Below, piece after piece: positions 53,051 through 54,643 of a stretch of DNA of 54,643 bases (position 1 is the first letter of the stretch; each line of letters starts with the position of its first letter). Both the position numbers and the translations under genes were made by a program. The notes beneath the pieces were generated by a model. It had not been told where the DNA came from. It worked only from the letters and a program-made list of their open reading frames with translations, and did not search any database. Source of the DNA: Candidatus Moraniibacteriota bacterium (GTDB lineage: Bacteria; Patescibacteriota; Minisyncoccia; Moranbacterales; UBA2206). The DNA lies in assembly GCA_026396175.1 (NCBI GenBank), contig JAPLXG010000004.1, positions 1-54,643 of the forward strand. The letters run 5' to 3'.

Positions 53051-54643
53051 GTTCCTTGGCCGGTGATGAGGTCTCCTCTTTGCACTGTTCCTGGATTGGT
53101 GTCGGAGTGAGAAATGGACAGCAAGGGATGGGCGACAGCGGTCACAGCGGAAGCCCAAGATGGTGCGCCACTGGAAAGAACCAGAATTTGACCATCGGAG
53201 CCTTTGGCTAGTTTGGAAAGCGTGGTGCCGGAAGCATAGTAGAGAATGTCGCCGGTAGTGTAGGAGTTTAGTCCCGTGCCTCCGTTGGCCGTGGTTAGTT
53301 GATTGGTAAGCGTGAGGCTACTAAAGGTTGGGCTATCGGTGGTGCGGACATTTTGATCCATGGCATACAGTTCATATTGACCTTGGCCGGTGCTGATGGA
53401 AGCGAAAGTGGGAGTGCTCGTTACCGCGATGGATTGAGGTAAACTTAAAGTAATAATTCCTGTAGCGGCCGTGGCGTTGATTTGATTGGTAGTACCGGAA
53501 AGATTAGTTACGCCGGCATTGGTGATCGTCACTACTCCCGCGCCATTGCTCACCGTGATGCCGGTGCCTTGGGTGAGGGTGGAGAGCGTTAAGTTATTGA
53601 AAGTTGGGCCATCGGTTGTTCTCACATTTTGATCCATGGCATACAGTTCATATTGTCCTTGACCGGTGCTGATTGTCGCAAAGGTGGGTGTGCTGGTTAC
53701 CGCAATGGATTGAGGCAGACTAAGTGTGATACTGCCGGTGGCGGCAGTGGCATTAATTTGGTCAGTCGTGCCAGTGAGATTAGTCACGCCGGCATTAGCA
53801 ATGGTGATTGTTCCCGCGCCATTACTGACTGTGATGCCAGTGCCTTGAGTAAGTGTGGAGAGAGCATATCCAGTGCCATTGCCAATGAGGAGTTGTCCAA
53901 TACTGGGAGTGGTAGTGAGACCGGTGCCACCGTTTCCAATCGCCACGGTAGTACCATTCCAAATTCCCGTCGTAATCGTACCGAGGGTAGTGATGTTGGT
54001 TGTGCCTGCCCAAGTGGAAAGGGCAGTATTTTCCACACTGCCAAGATTGATGTCGGTTTTAGTTAAAGTATACCAAGCGCTGTCTGTGCCGTCCGAGCGC
54101 AAAAATTGTCCACTGGTTCCAAGTGCCAAGCGACTCCAGGTAGTTGTTGCTCCTTGTCCAGTGATCAAATCCCCTCTTTGCACTGTGGCCGGAGTGGTGT
54201 CAGGATGCTGCCCCGATAAGAGGCTATGCGAAGTCGCCGGAGCAGTGCCACTCCAAGCCGGCACACCGTCTTTGACGATGAGCATATAGCCTTCTGTGCC
54301 GATGGGCAAATTAGTCATCGCACTGCCGGAATCGTAGTAAAGCATATCCCCGGCGGTATAGCTGGTTAGTCCTAGGCCGCCATAAGTCGTTGCCAGTGTA
54401 CCCTGAATGTCACTGGCTAGATTAATTTTTTTGATACTCAGGCTTTGGCCGGAAATGGAAATGAAACTGGCACCGCTGACAGTTAGTGTTTTCAGGCGTT
54501 TATCATTGCCCAGCACTAATTGATTAGTGCCGGTGCCGGTGGGGAGACTACTGATGTCAATTTGACCGCTGGCGTCAAGGGCGACGATGTCACCGGTATT
54601 TGTGCCCACCTTTTTGCCATTAAGGAGCAGTGCATTAGCGGAA
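52975..54643 (-). CDS. Giant fibre/adhesin-like protein, N-terminal part (runs off the window)
   Basis: GGTG/GDILY/PSW phage-fibre-like modules; 92-aa tandem duplication at 53308-53859. Confidence 0.75.
   Translation of the reverse strand, partial: SANALLLNGKKVGTNTGDIVALDASGQIDISSLPTGTGTNQLVLGNDKRLKTLTVSGASFISISGQSLSIKKINLASDIQGTLATTYGGLGLTSYTAGDMLYYDSGSAMTNLPIGTEGYMLIVKDGVPAWSGTAPATSHSLLSGQHPDTTPATVQRGDLITGQGATTTWSRLALGTSGQFLRSDGTDSAWYTLTKTDINLGSVENTALSTWAGTTNITTLGTITTGIWNGTTVAIGNGGTGLTTTPSIGQLLIGNGTGYALSTLTQGTGITVSNGAGTITIANAGVTNLTGTTDQINATAATGSITLSLPQSIAVTSTPTFATISTGQGQYELYAMDQNVRTTDGPTFNNLTLSTLTQGTGITVSNGAGVVTITNAGVTNLSGTTNQINATAATGIITLSLPQSIAVTSTPTFASISTGQGQYELYAMDQNVRTTDSPTFSSLTLTNQLTTANGGTGLNSYTTGDILYYASGTTLSKLAKGSDGQILVLSSGAPSWASAVTAVAHPLLSISHSDTNPGTVQRGDLITGQGTTLLTGERSPVKPASSKLTRLTLAR

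Noticed and set aside
1-54643. CRISPR array
   Set aside because: The repeats are dispersed inverted doublets, not tandem direct repeats with regular spacers, and there are no cas genes.
49415-54643. Prophage tail region
   Set aside because: No other phage genes are nearby; giant fibre-like surface proteins are common chromosomal genes in CPR bacteria.
1-54643. Alternative genetic code (UGA = Gly)
   Set aside because: Conserved genes are full length under code 11, and TGA acts as a stop (e.g. the GIY-YIG gene at 30682-30684).

Overview
This 54.6 kb window looks like ordinary chromosome from a Patescibacteria/CPR bacterium, probably Parcubacteria (e.g. Moranbacteria-like). That assignment is inferred from gene content and repeat style. 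The genetic code is the standard one. Housekeeping content: uvrC, uvrA, lexA and uvrB; a mannose/glucose-phosphate cluster; secG, trpS, rnj, ychF and uppP; rpsF-ssb-rpsR-efp; smpB with tmRNA; infC-rpmI-rplT; cell-envelope genes; and the 3' part of a giant frameshifted fibre/adhesin gene. The striking feature is at least ten families of short palindromic or REPIN-like repeats. (1) Family A is a 359-bp unit: a GIY-YIG nuclease gene bounded by dRS3-like palindromic arms. It occurs as one intact copy, two copies with complementary deletions, and three empty derivatives. (2) Family C is a 132-136 bp element found in 5' leaders and inside the tmRNA. (3) A 20-bp palindrome inserts into other repeats and into itself. 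(4) Several families are inserted in-frame in uvrA, uvrB and uvrC. Also notable are four small divergent ThiS/MoaD-like ORFs without a terminal GG, an orphan gene inside a perfect 17-bp inverted repeat, and two perfect 46-50 bp palindromes. All calls come from reading the sequence by eye; no searches were run.
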